Source: Candidatus Saccharimonadota bacterium
GTDB taxonomy: Bacteria > Patescibacteriota > Saccharimonadia > Saccharimonadales > Saccharimonadaceae
DNA length: 32,000 nt
Reading direction: 5' to 3'
Assembly: GCA_001897305.1 (NCBI GenBank)
Contig: MKSO01000001.1
Coordinates: 570,001-602,000 of the forward strand
Shown: in pieces, positions 24,732 to 32,000 of the stretch
How positions within the stretch are numbered: the first letter of the stretch is position 1
How the letters are laid out: every line of letters starts with the position of its first letter
Notes under the pieces: generated by a model
Database searches by the model: none
Told to the model about the DNA's origin: nothing
The model's input: the letters and a program-made list of their open reading frames with translations, nothing else
Program-made: the position numbers and the translations under genes

Positions 24732-24740
24732 TGTTATACT
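24732..24740 (+). promoter_or_regulatory. Extended -10 element (TGTTATACT) 6 nt upstream of the methyltransferase ATG
   Basis: The plus strand reads GTGTTATACT GAGTAG ATG, with no Shine-Dalgarno sequence. Confidence 0.5.
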
Positions 24741-24746
24741 GAGTAG

Positions 24747-25235
24747 ATGCCAGAAATTATTGTTGTCGCCCACAATATTCGCTCTACCCATAACGTGGGG
24801 GCTATCTTCCGTACAGCCGAAGGCTTTGGTATCAGTAAGATCATTCTCAGTGGCTACACACCCTTCCCGCGTATAGATAACGACCCGCGCCTGCCTCATA
24901 TTGCCGAAAAACTCACCAGCCAAATTCATAAAACAGCTTTACATGCCGAAGAGCTCGTGCCGTTTGAGTATCAAGAGATACCCAATATTACAGCATTGAA
25001 ACAACAAGGCTACCGCATAGTGGGGCTTGAGCAAGCCGATACAAGTATTGCGCTCCCAATATATAAAGCACCCGAAAAGGTGGCTCTTATTTTAGGCGAA
25101 GAAGTTGAAGGCATTCCAGAGGACTTACTAAAAGAGTGCGAGGATATTATTGAAATTCCTATGGTTGGGCAAAAAGAATCGTTTAATGTTTCTGTTGCGG
25201 CCGGCATAGCCCTCTATCACCTGAGCCTCTGTTAG
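24747..25235 (+). CDS. SpoU/TrmH-family RNA 2'-O-methyltransferase
   Basis: 162 aa with SPOUT motifs: HNIRSTHNVGAIFRTAEGFG, LILGEEVEGIPEDLL and IEIPMVGQKESFNVSVAAGIALY. Confidence 0.82.
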   Translation: MPEIIVVAHNIRSTHNVGAIFRTAEGFGISKIILSGYTPFPRIDNDPRLPHIAEKLTSQIHKTALHAEELVPFEYQEIPNITALKQQGYRIVGLEQADTSIALPIYKAPEKVALILGEEVEGIPEDLLKECEDIIEIPMVGQKESFNVSVAAGIALYHLSLC

Positions 25236-26230
25236 CTAGCCCCGTTCGCATACAAGTTAGCTACTTCACTATCTGTAAGAACTTTGCTAAAAATTCTCAA
25301 GTCATCCAAAGACCCAATAAATGGACGACTTGCCTGTATTGCCCCAAGCCCAATACCGCCTCCGGGAACAGCATTTGTGATTGCCCCAACATTAGCAGAC
25401 ACTTTCAATGCACCGTCTACATATCCTTTCACTGTTGATCCGTCATAAGTAAGTACCAAATGTGACCAAGATGAGGCGGAGGCTGTGACACCCGCACCGC
25501 CTGACGACCACTGACCATTTACAGAGAATGTAAATTGCTGACCCGGCTGTATACCAATAAGCCACACCGAGTTTCCAACATCAGTGCTTGCACCTTGCCG
25601 AGCGACATACCCCCAGGCAGTCGAACTCGACGCCGTACCCTTAGACCATACAGACACGCTAAACGGTTGTGACGCACTGGTCGGGTATTGCATCGAACTC
25701 GTTATGAGACTTGAGCTATTAAAGAGATATGCCCCGTTTGAAAGACCATTCTGCCCCACAGTAAGCGACGCACCCGTGACACTTACGCTGCTAGAGGTAG
25801 CAACCGAATCATTCGCACTGCCATTCATCGGCATCCACGAGACAATACCGTCGTTTGTGCAACTTCCAGTCCTTGGGGTTGTATCGTCAGAGCTAATAAA
25901 ATAATTTTTTGCATTTTTCTGTGTTTGCAAACAATAACTTGACCCGTTTGAGTAATAGTTAACCGTTGTATCACTAGAAAAAGTAACGCCAGCAGATTGC
26001 GCAGCTGTCCAATCTTGCGCGTAGACTCCCCCGTTAAGTACTTTGTTTGCCGCAAGCTTCGTGCCCGCTTGGCTTAACTCTGTTTTGGCAGCCGAATCAC
26101 TTGCCCGATCACGAATGCCATTGTAAGCAACTATCGTTATTGCTGCGAGAATTGCTATAACAATGACGACGATAAGTAATTCTACGATTGTAAAACCTGC
26201 TTGGACATGTTTGTTTTTCCCACCTAGCAT
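25232..26230 (-). CDS. Modular type IV pilin: prepilin N-terminus and pilin head fused to a C-terminal LamG/concanavalin A-like domain
   Basis: It has a class III signal peptide and N-methylation motif (MLGGKNKHVQAG/FTIVELLIVVIVIAILAAI, with Phe at +1 and Glu at +5) and a small globular head with Cys100...Cys124. About 200 aa then follow, ending in the LamG-type signature GSLDDLRIFSKVLTDSEVANLY. Confidence 0.85.
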   Translation of the reverse strand: MLGGKNKHVQAGFTIVELLIVVIVIAILAAITIVAYNGIRDRASDSAAKTELSQAGTKLAANKVLNGGVYAQDWTAAQSAGVTFSSDTTVNYYSNGSSYCLQTQKNAKNYFISSDDTTPRTGSCTNDGIVSWMPMNGSANDSVATSSSVSVTGASLTVGQNGLSNGAYLFNSSSLITSSMQYPTSASQPFSVSVWSKGTASSSTAWGYVARQGASTDVGNSVWLIGIQPGQQFTFSVNGQWSSGGAGVTASASSWSHLVLTYDGSTVKGYVDGALKVSANVGAITNAVPGGGIGLGAIQASRPFIGSLDDLRIFSKVLTDSEVANLYANGAS

Positions 26231-26272
26231 GAGCCTAGTCTAACATAAGCCTTTTCGAAGACGCAAATGACC

Positions 26273-29200
26273 CTATTTTAAAACGACCGCATCTTCACCT
26301 AATATTTTTACAAGACGTCCAATCAGTTCATCGCTGCCATCAACCCTAAACGGCATCTTGATAGCCGATTGCTTGTCTGGGCCGAGGACTAATACAATGT
26401 CACTCAAACCCGGAAAATGTGAACACTCATTGCGGATTTGCATAAGAGCAGTTTGATTATCAGGATCTTTAACATGTACGAACACTTTTTTGAGCACTTC
26501 AGCAACCGGCGGCGGTCCAGCCTCTCTGGGTGCCGATGGAGCCGGTTTATTTGACGGACTAGGATAATTTCCACCACCTTGCCCTCCGAAGGATCTTCGT
26601 GCAGTCCGCACCTGCGGGGCACCACCCTTTGGCTTTGCCATCTTGCGCCCGTTCGACTCGTAGGTATTGAGTTCGTCATCCTCAACGACTTGAATTTCAT
26701 CGGCAATGAGTTTTGTATCACTCGTAAGGTTGCCGTCACGATCACGAGCCGCAACTTTACCACTGGCACGTATTACCGCATCTTGCACTAACTTAGCACC
26801 GACTTGTTCGTATAAATTAGGGAATACAATCACCTCGGCTTCACCGGTTTTATCTTCTAGCTTTACAAAAGCCATTTTGGTACCGCTTTTCGTAACAATG
26901 CTTCGCACCGACGAAACCAAGCCACCAATAGTCATTACCCGCCCATCAAGGTCCTGGGTCATTTCGGCAATTGGGACAGTCTGCTCGCTGAAGTAGGCAT
27001 CGTAGTTATCGAGCGGGTGCGAACTTATATAAAGCCCTAGAAGTTCACGCTCCCAAGTTAATCGCTCTTTGTCAGTATGTTTTACCGGCGCGGGGGTCAA
27101 AGCAACGGTCGGCTGAATGGCCGCCATTTCGGCCATGCCGCCAAATAAATCTGTCTGTCCACTCAGAGCTTCTTTTTGCAGTTTCGACGCAAAAGCCTGA
27201 ATAGTTTCAAGGTTAAACAAAAGGTCGGATCGGTCAGCCATACTATCAAATGCCCCGGTACGTATCAGTGACTCCCAGGCCTTTTTATTCACCTTTTGTG
27301 TAGATACCCGCTTGGCAAAATCTTCAACACTGGCAAATTTGCCATCTTGGCGAGCCCGCAGAATTTCTTCCACCACCCCAACACCAACACCCTTGACTGC
27401 CGCCATACCAAAACGAACTTCTTTTTTACCAGGTACGACAGCAAACTCGACGAAACTTTCATTCACATCTGGCGACAGTACCTTTATACCCATGTGCTTA
27501 CACTCGGTAATTTCAATAGCTAGACGCTCGGTGTCATCGGCGTCACTGGTCATAAGCGCAGCCATAAAGGCTTCTGGGTAGTGCGCCTTAAGGTAGGCTG
27601 TCCAGTACGAGATGAGTCCATAACACGCAGCGTGCGACTTATTGAAACAGTAAGCCGCAAAGTCTTCGAGCTGCTTCCAGAAAACTTCCATATCATCACG
27701 CTTTGCACCGTTTAATTCAACCGCACCGTCTACGAACTTAGTCTTCATTTTCGCCATCATCTCAAGGTTCTTTTTACCAATCGCCTTACGGAGCGTATCG
27801 GCCTCACCACCCGTAAAGCCAGACAATTCGCGCGAAATCTGCATCACCTGCTCTTGGTAGACCAACACCCCATAGGTGTTTTGAAGGGCATTCTCCATTT
27901 TAGGATGCATGTACGTAATTTCACGTTCACCGTGTTTACGTTTAATGAAGTCGTCAATAAACTGCATTGGACCCGGGCGATACAACGCCACCATCGCGAC
28001 GATATCCTCAAACACCGTCGGTTTAAGTTCGCGCAAATACCGCTTCATACCAGCAGATTCAAGCTGAAAGACACCCGTGGTGTCGCCACGCTGAAATAGC
28101 TTAAAGGCTTCCTCATCATCGAGTGGGATTTTGGCCAGATCAATATCTGTCTTAAATACCTTTTTAATAATACGCAGGGCATTGTTAATAATTGTTAAGT
28201 TAGACAGCCCCAAGAAGTCCATCTTCAAAAGCCCGAGTTCTTCGACCTGGCCCATTGGAAATTGCGTTGCCGGCACACCCTTTTGCGACATTTCAATTGG
28301 TAAGAATTTCACAATGTCATCAGGCGCGATCACTACACCGGCAGCGTGAACACCATGGCTACGAATCGTACCTTCAAGGCGCATAGCAAAATCAATCACC
28401 CGTTTGGCGGTTTGGTTTGTCTCGTATTCGTGCTTGAAGTCGACGTCATCCACTACACTTTTTGCCAAAGGGATATGACGGCCCTGAACCGGCTGCGGCA
28501 CTAGTTTTGCAATACGGTCACTCTCGCCATACGGCACTTGAAGCACGCGAGCTACGTCACGTACGGCTGCGCGTGCCGCCATAGTACCAAAGGTCACAAT
28601 GTTTGCCACCCGTTCCTCACCATATTTTTCCGTACAATAGGCAATCACCTCATTTCGACGAGTATCCTGAATGTCGATATCGACATCTGGCATGCTAATA
28701 CGGTCGGGGTTAAGAAAACGTTCGAACAAGAGGTCGTATTTTAGTGGGTCCAGCTCAGTAATACGCACTGCATACGAAACAATAGAGCCTGCGGCCGAAC
28801 CACGCCCTGGTCCAAAAATAATACCCTGGTTCTTCCCCCAGTTAATAAAGTCTTGGACAATTAAGAAGTAGCCGTTAAAGCCCATACGGTCAATAACACC
28901 TAATTCATAATCAGCGCGTTCAAGGACGTTCTTTGGGGTATGTTTACGAGCTTCTTCGATTGTCATAGCTTCGGCATCTTCAAATGGGACCTCGCCATAA
29001 CGCCAAGCCAGGCCTTGAAAGACAAGTTGGTCTAGATAGGTCTTTTCGTTATGCCCCTCAGGTGTCGGGAAGGTTGGAATAAGAATTTTACCAAGCTCGA
29101 TATCAACCTCGCAGCGGTCCGCAATGACCTTTGTGTTTGCCACGGCTTCGGGGTGGGTTTTCGACCAACGTTCGATAATTTCTTTCGGGTCAGTCACGTG

Positions 29201-29995
29201 AAGCTCAAAGTCTTTCAAAGACATGCGCTTTTCATCACTCAAATAGGCACCCGTACCGACGCACAGTAGAATCTCATGCGTGTCTTGATCATCGTGGGTA
29301 AGGTAGTGTCCGTCACTTGTAACTACCATAGGAATATCAAGCTCTTCGGAGATCTTTTCCAGATAGCCATTAATTTTTACCTGTACATCCCAGGCAGTTG
29401 GTGATTCAAGATGGCCGTGGTCCTGCATTTCAAGGTAGTACCTATCGCCGAACACGCTTTTGTACCAGGCGGCGATCTTCTTGGCCTCTTCGTAATTGTC
29501 GGCGCGCAGGTTTTCACCGAGCTCACCACTTGCACAGCCAGATAGAATAATAAGCCCTTCGTTGTATTCTTCTAAAAGCTCATGGTCGATACGTGGCTTG
29601 TAGTACATACCCTCAAGGTTAGCCTTAGAACTAAGGCGCATCAGGTTTTGATAACCCTTATTGTTCATTGCCAAAATAATAAGGTGATAGCGAGCCTTAT
29701 CTTTTTGTGGATCACGGTCGTGGCGACTGCGGGCCGCCACATAGGCCTCCATGCCAAGAATTGGCTTTACTTCAGCTGCCTTAGCGGCTTTATAAAACTC
29801 AAGTACTCCGGACATCGTCCCATGGTCGGTAATAGCTACCGCTTCCATGCCCATATCCTTAACTGCATTCACAAGGGCGGGGATTTTTGTTAAACCATCC
29901 AGCAAGCTGTGATGGCTGTGATTATGCAAGTGAACATACTGCGATGGTTGCAGTACGCCAACATCTTTTGGTTTCGCCTCAGTTTGAACCCCCAT
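26273..29995 (-). CDS. dnaE: DNA polymerase III alpha subunit DnaE
   Basis: 1240 aa with an N-terminal PHP domain (VHLHNHSHHSLLDG, ITDHGTM), a polymerase core (PDVDIDI, GLLKMDFLGL), an OB fold, a Gly/Pro-rich linker and a C-terminal domain. Confidence 0.95.
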   Translation of the reverse strand: MGVQTEAKPKDVGVLQPSQYVHLHNHSHHSLLDGLTKIPALVNAVKDMGMEAVAITDHGTMSGVLEFYKAAKAAEVKPILGMEAYVAARSRHDRDPQKDKARYHLIILAMNNKGYQNLMRLSSKANLEGMYYKPRIDHELLEEYNEGLIILSGCASGELGENLRADNYEEAKKIAAWYKSVFGDRYYLEMQDHGHLESPTAWDVQVKINGYLEKISEELDIPMVVTSDGHYLTHDDQDTHEILLCVGTGAYLSDEKRMSLKDFELHVTDPKEIIERWSKTHPEAVANTKVIADRCEVDIELGKILIPTFPTPEGHNEKTYLDQLVFQGLAWRYGEVPFEDAEAMTIEEARKHTPKNVLERADYELGVIDRMGFNGYFLIVQDFINWGKNQGIIFGPGRGSAAGSIVSYAVRITELDPLKYDLLFERFLNPDRISMPDVDIDIQDTRRNEVIAYCTEKYGEERVANIVTFGTMAARAAVRDVARVLQVPYGESDRIAKLVPQPVQGRHIPLAKSVVDDVDFKHEYETNQTAKRVIDFAMRLEGTIRSHGVHAAGVVIAPDDIVKFLPIEMSQKGVPATQFPMGQVEELGLLKMDFLGLSNLTIINNALRIIKKVFKTDIDLAKIPLDDEEAFKLFQRGDTTGVFQLESAGMKRYLRELKPTVFEDIVAMVALYRPGPMQFIDDFIKRKHGEREITYMHPKMENALQNTYGVLVYQEQVMQISRELSGFTGGEADTLRKAIGKKNLEMMAKMKTKFVDGAVELNGAKRDDMEVFWKQLEDFAAYCFNKSHAACYGLISYWTAYLKAHYPEAFMAALMTSDADDTERLAIEITECKHMGIKVLSPDVNESFVEFAVVPGKKEVRFGMAAVKGVGVGVVEEILRARQDGKFASVEDFAKRVSTQKVNKKAWESLIRTGAFDSMADRSDLLFNLETIQAFASKLQKEALSGQTDLFGGMAEMAAIQPTVALTPAPVKHTDKERLTWERELLGLYISSHPLDNYDAYFSEQTVPIAEMTQDLDGRVMTIGGLVSSVRSIVTKSGTKMAFVKLEDKTGEAEVIVFPNLYEQVGAKLVQDAVIRASGKVAARDRDGNLTSDTKLIADEIQVVEDDELNTYESNGRKMAKPKGGAPQVRTARRSFGGQGGGNYPSPSNKPAPSAPREAGPPPVAEVLKKVFVHVKDPDNQTALMQIRNECSHFPGLSDIVLVLGPDKQSAIKMPFRVDGSDELIGRLVKILGEDAVVLK

Positions 29996-30067
29996 AACTA
30001 TGTATTAGTATAGCGAAAAAACCAGCCTACGTCTGTAGTAAAATCTATCTAATGCAGAGTTGCGCTA

Positions 30068-30361
30068 CTACTTCTTGCCCTGTTGAACAATATCGACGAC
30101 ATATTGGATAAAGTCGCCAATACCACCAGGAATATCCGTTAACAGAGAAAGCAGCCAGATGATCAAGGCAATAACAATTGTACCACCAAGCACCGAGCCG
30201 ACCCCGAAAAATACGCCGCGAATGAAATTCATCCAATATACTTCACGGCGTGAACTGTGAAAGTCGTAAAAAAGATCTTCTAATATTGCCCGGCGAGCAC
30301 CGACTTCATTATCTTTTTTTACCCTGCGCTTAACCTTATTAATAAGCTTCTTGACCACCAT
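30068..30361 (-). CDS. Small membrane protein (basic N-terminus, one or two TM helices), function unknown
   Basis: 97 aa: KKLINKVKRRVKKD, then FIRGVFFGVGSVLGGTIVIALIIWLLSLL. It is co-oriented and tightly spaced with the two upstream small genes. Confidence 0.6.
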   Translation of the reverse strand: MVVKKLINKVKRRVKKDNEVGARRAILEDLFYDFHSSRREVYWMNFIRGVFFGVGSVLGGTIVIALIIWLLSLLTDIPGGIGDFIQYVVDIVQQGKK

Positions 30362-30375
30362 AATACCTAAGAAAC

Positions 30376-30699
30376 CTACTTCTTTTTGGTGGTTGGCTTT
30401 TTATTAAAACCAGCTTTTGCACCCTCAACTGCTTGCTCGACACGCTCTTTGAGCTCTTCGGCTTTGTCGGTTACTTCGGCGACTACTTCTTTGCCCTTAG
30501 CTGTTACTTCTTGAGCTTTCTCAGTTGCAACACCCTTGGCACGTTCCGCTTCGGCAATAACCGTCTCTTTTGACTTGTTAGTTGCATCCTTAATGTCTTG
30601 TCGTGTTTCCTTGCCGCTCTTTGGTGCTGAAAGAATACCAGCCGCAAAACCGGCTACTGCACCAATAACTGTCCCTAGAAATACTTTACCTTTTGACAT
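30376..30699 (-). CDS. YtxH-like protein
   Basis: 107 aa. The N-terminal GAVAGFAAGILSAPKSGKETRQDIKD matches the YtxH signature. The remainder is a K/E/A-rich helix. Confidence 0.75.
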   Translation of the reverse strand: MSKGKVFLGTVIGAVAGFAAGILSAPKSGKETRQDIKDATNKSKETVIAEAERAKGVATEKAQEVTAKGKEVVAEVTDKAEELKERVEQAVEGAKAGFNKKPTTKKK

Positions 30700-30701
30700 A
30701 A

Positions 30702-30968
30702 TTACTTATTCCCCTTCTTAGATGACTTGCTCGTCCATTTTTTTACATACTTACTAAATAGTTCAGCCACAAATAGCGGCGACGTCAAACGAGTGACCCC
30801 CGTTATGGCCGCATCTATATGACTGACCGTATTCTGAGCCGATTTAGTAATTTTTCGTATCTCGGCCGTAAGTTTAATTAAATAGATAGCTAAGATGATT
30901 CCTACGATCAAAAAGAGCGCAAGAACACTTGATACTATAATTACTAAAATTTCAGCAGCATTTTCCAT
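30702..30968 (-). CDS. Small membrane protein (DUF948-like: N-terminal TM helix plus coiled region)
   Basis: 88 aa (AEILVIIVSSVLALFLIVGIILAIYLI, then KLTAEIRKITKSAQNTVSHID). It is preceded by a TATAAT (30997-30992, minus strand) and a good AAAGGAG Shine-Dalgarno sequence 9 nt from the ATG. Confidence 0.6.
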   Translation of the reverse strand: MENAAEILVIIVSSVLALFLIVGIILAIYLIKLTAEIRKITKSAQNTVSHIDAAITGVTRLTSPLFVAELFSKYVKKWTSKSSKKGNK

Positions 30969-31054
30969 TAGTATGAGCTCCTTTTTGTTTTATTATACCT
31001 TCATTTGTTAGTATACGCTACTTTGTTGCATAACGTAGCTTTAAAATGGGTATA

Positions 31055-32000
31055 CTATTCGCTTAGGCGTTGACGAATAAGTTGCTGAGCCATAGCAGGG
31101 TTAGCCTTACCCTGAGAGCGCTTCATTACTTGGCCAACTAAAAAGCCGATCGCCTTTTCTTGGCCAGCCTTAATATCAGCTACCGATTGAGCGCTGGCTG
31201 GATCTTCTAGAACTTCATCAACGATAGCTAACACGGCCGACTCATCGCTCACCTGCAACAAGTTTTTCGCTTCAGCAATTTCACGAGCCGTTTGTTCACT
31301 CGTCAGTAATTCCTGGAATACTTCTTTGGCGGCCGTACTTGATAATTCGTTTTTACCTACCATGTCGGAAAGTTCAATATATGCTTCGGGGCTAAAATTG
31401 CTCGCAATAATTGCCGCTTCTTCACCCGGGTTTATAGCACTGACAAACCAGTGGGCAACGCGCCGAGCCGTGTCGGGGCCAGATGTTTGTAATACCTCAT
31501 CAACAAGAACGGCATAGCTTTGGGTAGCGAGTAATGCTTCAACAACCGAGCGATCAAGTCCAAGCTGTTCCCAGTTTGCACGATAATAGGCCGGTAGGTT
31601 TGGTACAGTACTTTGAATAGCACTAATGTCCTCTTCTGTAAGCACAATCGGTGGGATATCAGGATCGGGCATGTATCGGTAATCTTGGGCATCCTCTTTA
31701 CTGCGCTGCGAACTCGTTTTACCAGCCGCGTCGTCCCAACCACGAGTCTCTTGTACGATCTTCTCGCCTTTTTCTAATAATTCAATTTGACGTTCAAATT
31801 CATACTGAGCAGCACGTTCAACACTACGGAATGAATTAAGATTCTTCACTTCGGCACGAGTACCAAGTTCAGTCGCACCCTTTTTAGCGACCGAAATATT
31901 GACGTCAAAACGCATGTTTCCGTGATAAAGATTACCCAATGTCACACCAGCATAGGTCATAAGACGATGCAGCTCACTCGCATAAGCCTTGGCGGCGGAA
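31055..32000 (-). CDS. gatB: Asp-tRNA(Asn)/Glu-tRNA(Gln) amidotransferase subunit B, C-terminal part (5' end outside the window)
   Basis: The frame stays open to the window edge (SAAKAYASELHRL precedes the ORF-track Met). Motifs include GNMRFDVNISV, AEVKNLNSFRSVERA and YRYMPDPDIPP, plus a C-terminal GatB/YqeY domain (IGFLVGQVMKRSQGKANP). Confidence 0.92.
   Translation of the reverse strand, partial: SAAKAYASELHRLMTYAGVTLGNLYHGNMRFDVNISVAKKGATELGTRAEVKNLNSFRSVERAAQYEFERQIELLEKGEKIVQETRGWDDAAGKTSSQRSKEDAQDYRYMPDPDIPPIVLTEEDISAIQSTVPNLPAYYRANWEQLGLDRSVVEALLATQSYAVLVDEVLQTSGPDTARRVAHWFVSAINPGEEAAIIASNFSPEAYIELSDMVGKNELSSTAAKEVFQELLTSEQTAREIAEAKNLLQVSDESAVLAIVDEVLEDPASAQSVADIKAGQEKAIGFLVGQVMKRSQGKANPAMAQQLIRQRLSE

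Noticed and set aside
29996-30067. Terminator between the small-protein cassette and dnaE
   Set aside because: Only weak 3-4 bp stems (CUAC-AGAC-GUAG, or CAG...CUG before UUUUUU) can be drawn. This is not convincing enough to annotate. A CGCTATACT -10-like element 11 nt upstream of the dnaE ATG is noted but not listed as a feature.
30045-30236. 63-aa ORF overlapping the 97-aa small membrane protein gene on the same strand in another frame
   Set aside because: It lies almost entirely inside the better-supported 30068-30361 ORF, which has TM helices and operon spacing. Its translation is Trp/Cys/Arg-rich, as is typical of an off-frame read.
1-32000. Alternative genetic code (UGA recoding), as in some candidate-phyla lineages
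   Set aside because: All conserved proteins translate full-length with the standard code, and no ORF appears to be split by in-frame TGA. TGA is rare as a stop (I noted it only at the yacL-like gene, 11064-11066) but does terminate that ORF at a sensible point.

Overview
The window is a compact, mostly minus-strand block of housekeeping genes, with no rRNA, no CRISPR array and no recognisable defence island. I read about 25 CDS. At the left edge is a partial large serine recombinase. Next come two divergently transcribed tRNA-Leu genes bracketing an FAD-linked oxidase. The apparent operons are tyrS / Ham1-like NTP pyrophosphatase / recG / orf268 / rsmD, and clpC / orf333 / radA / yacL-like. 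The remaining genes are a class A PBP, nusA, a secreted DUF1524/HNH-type nuclease, pepN, an RNase HII-YraN fusion, rplS, pilB, a SpoU/TrmH methyltransferase, a type IV pilin with a C-terminal LamG/ConA-like module, dnaE, three small membrane or stress-type proteins, and partial gatB. Short or overlapping junctions, tail extensions on conserved proteins, type IV pilus genes and Firmicute-like clpC-radA-yacL synteny suggest a small-genome Gram-positive-like lineage such as Patescibacteria/Saccharibacteria. That placement is inference only. The standard genetic code fits; TAA and TAG stops dominate, with one TGA stop at yacL. Five observations stand out. (1) Conserved 54-56 nt mimics of the tRNA 5' half sit between a TGCTATAAT promoter and each tRNA-Leu gene, with locus-specific compensatory changes. 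(2) The recombinase ORF ends inside the antisense of tRNA-Leu(CAG). (3) The pilin-lectin protein is modular. (4) RNase HII and YraN are fused in one ORF. (5) At least six genes have an extended -10 element 6-8 nt upstream of the start codon, which suggests leaderless mRNAs. All calls rest on reading motifs in the supplied translations and the sequence by eye; no searches were run.
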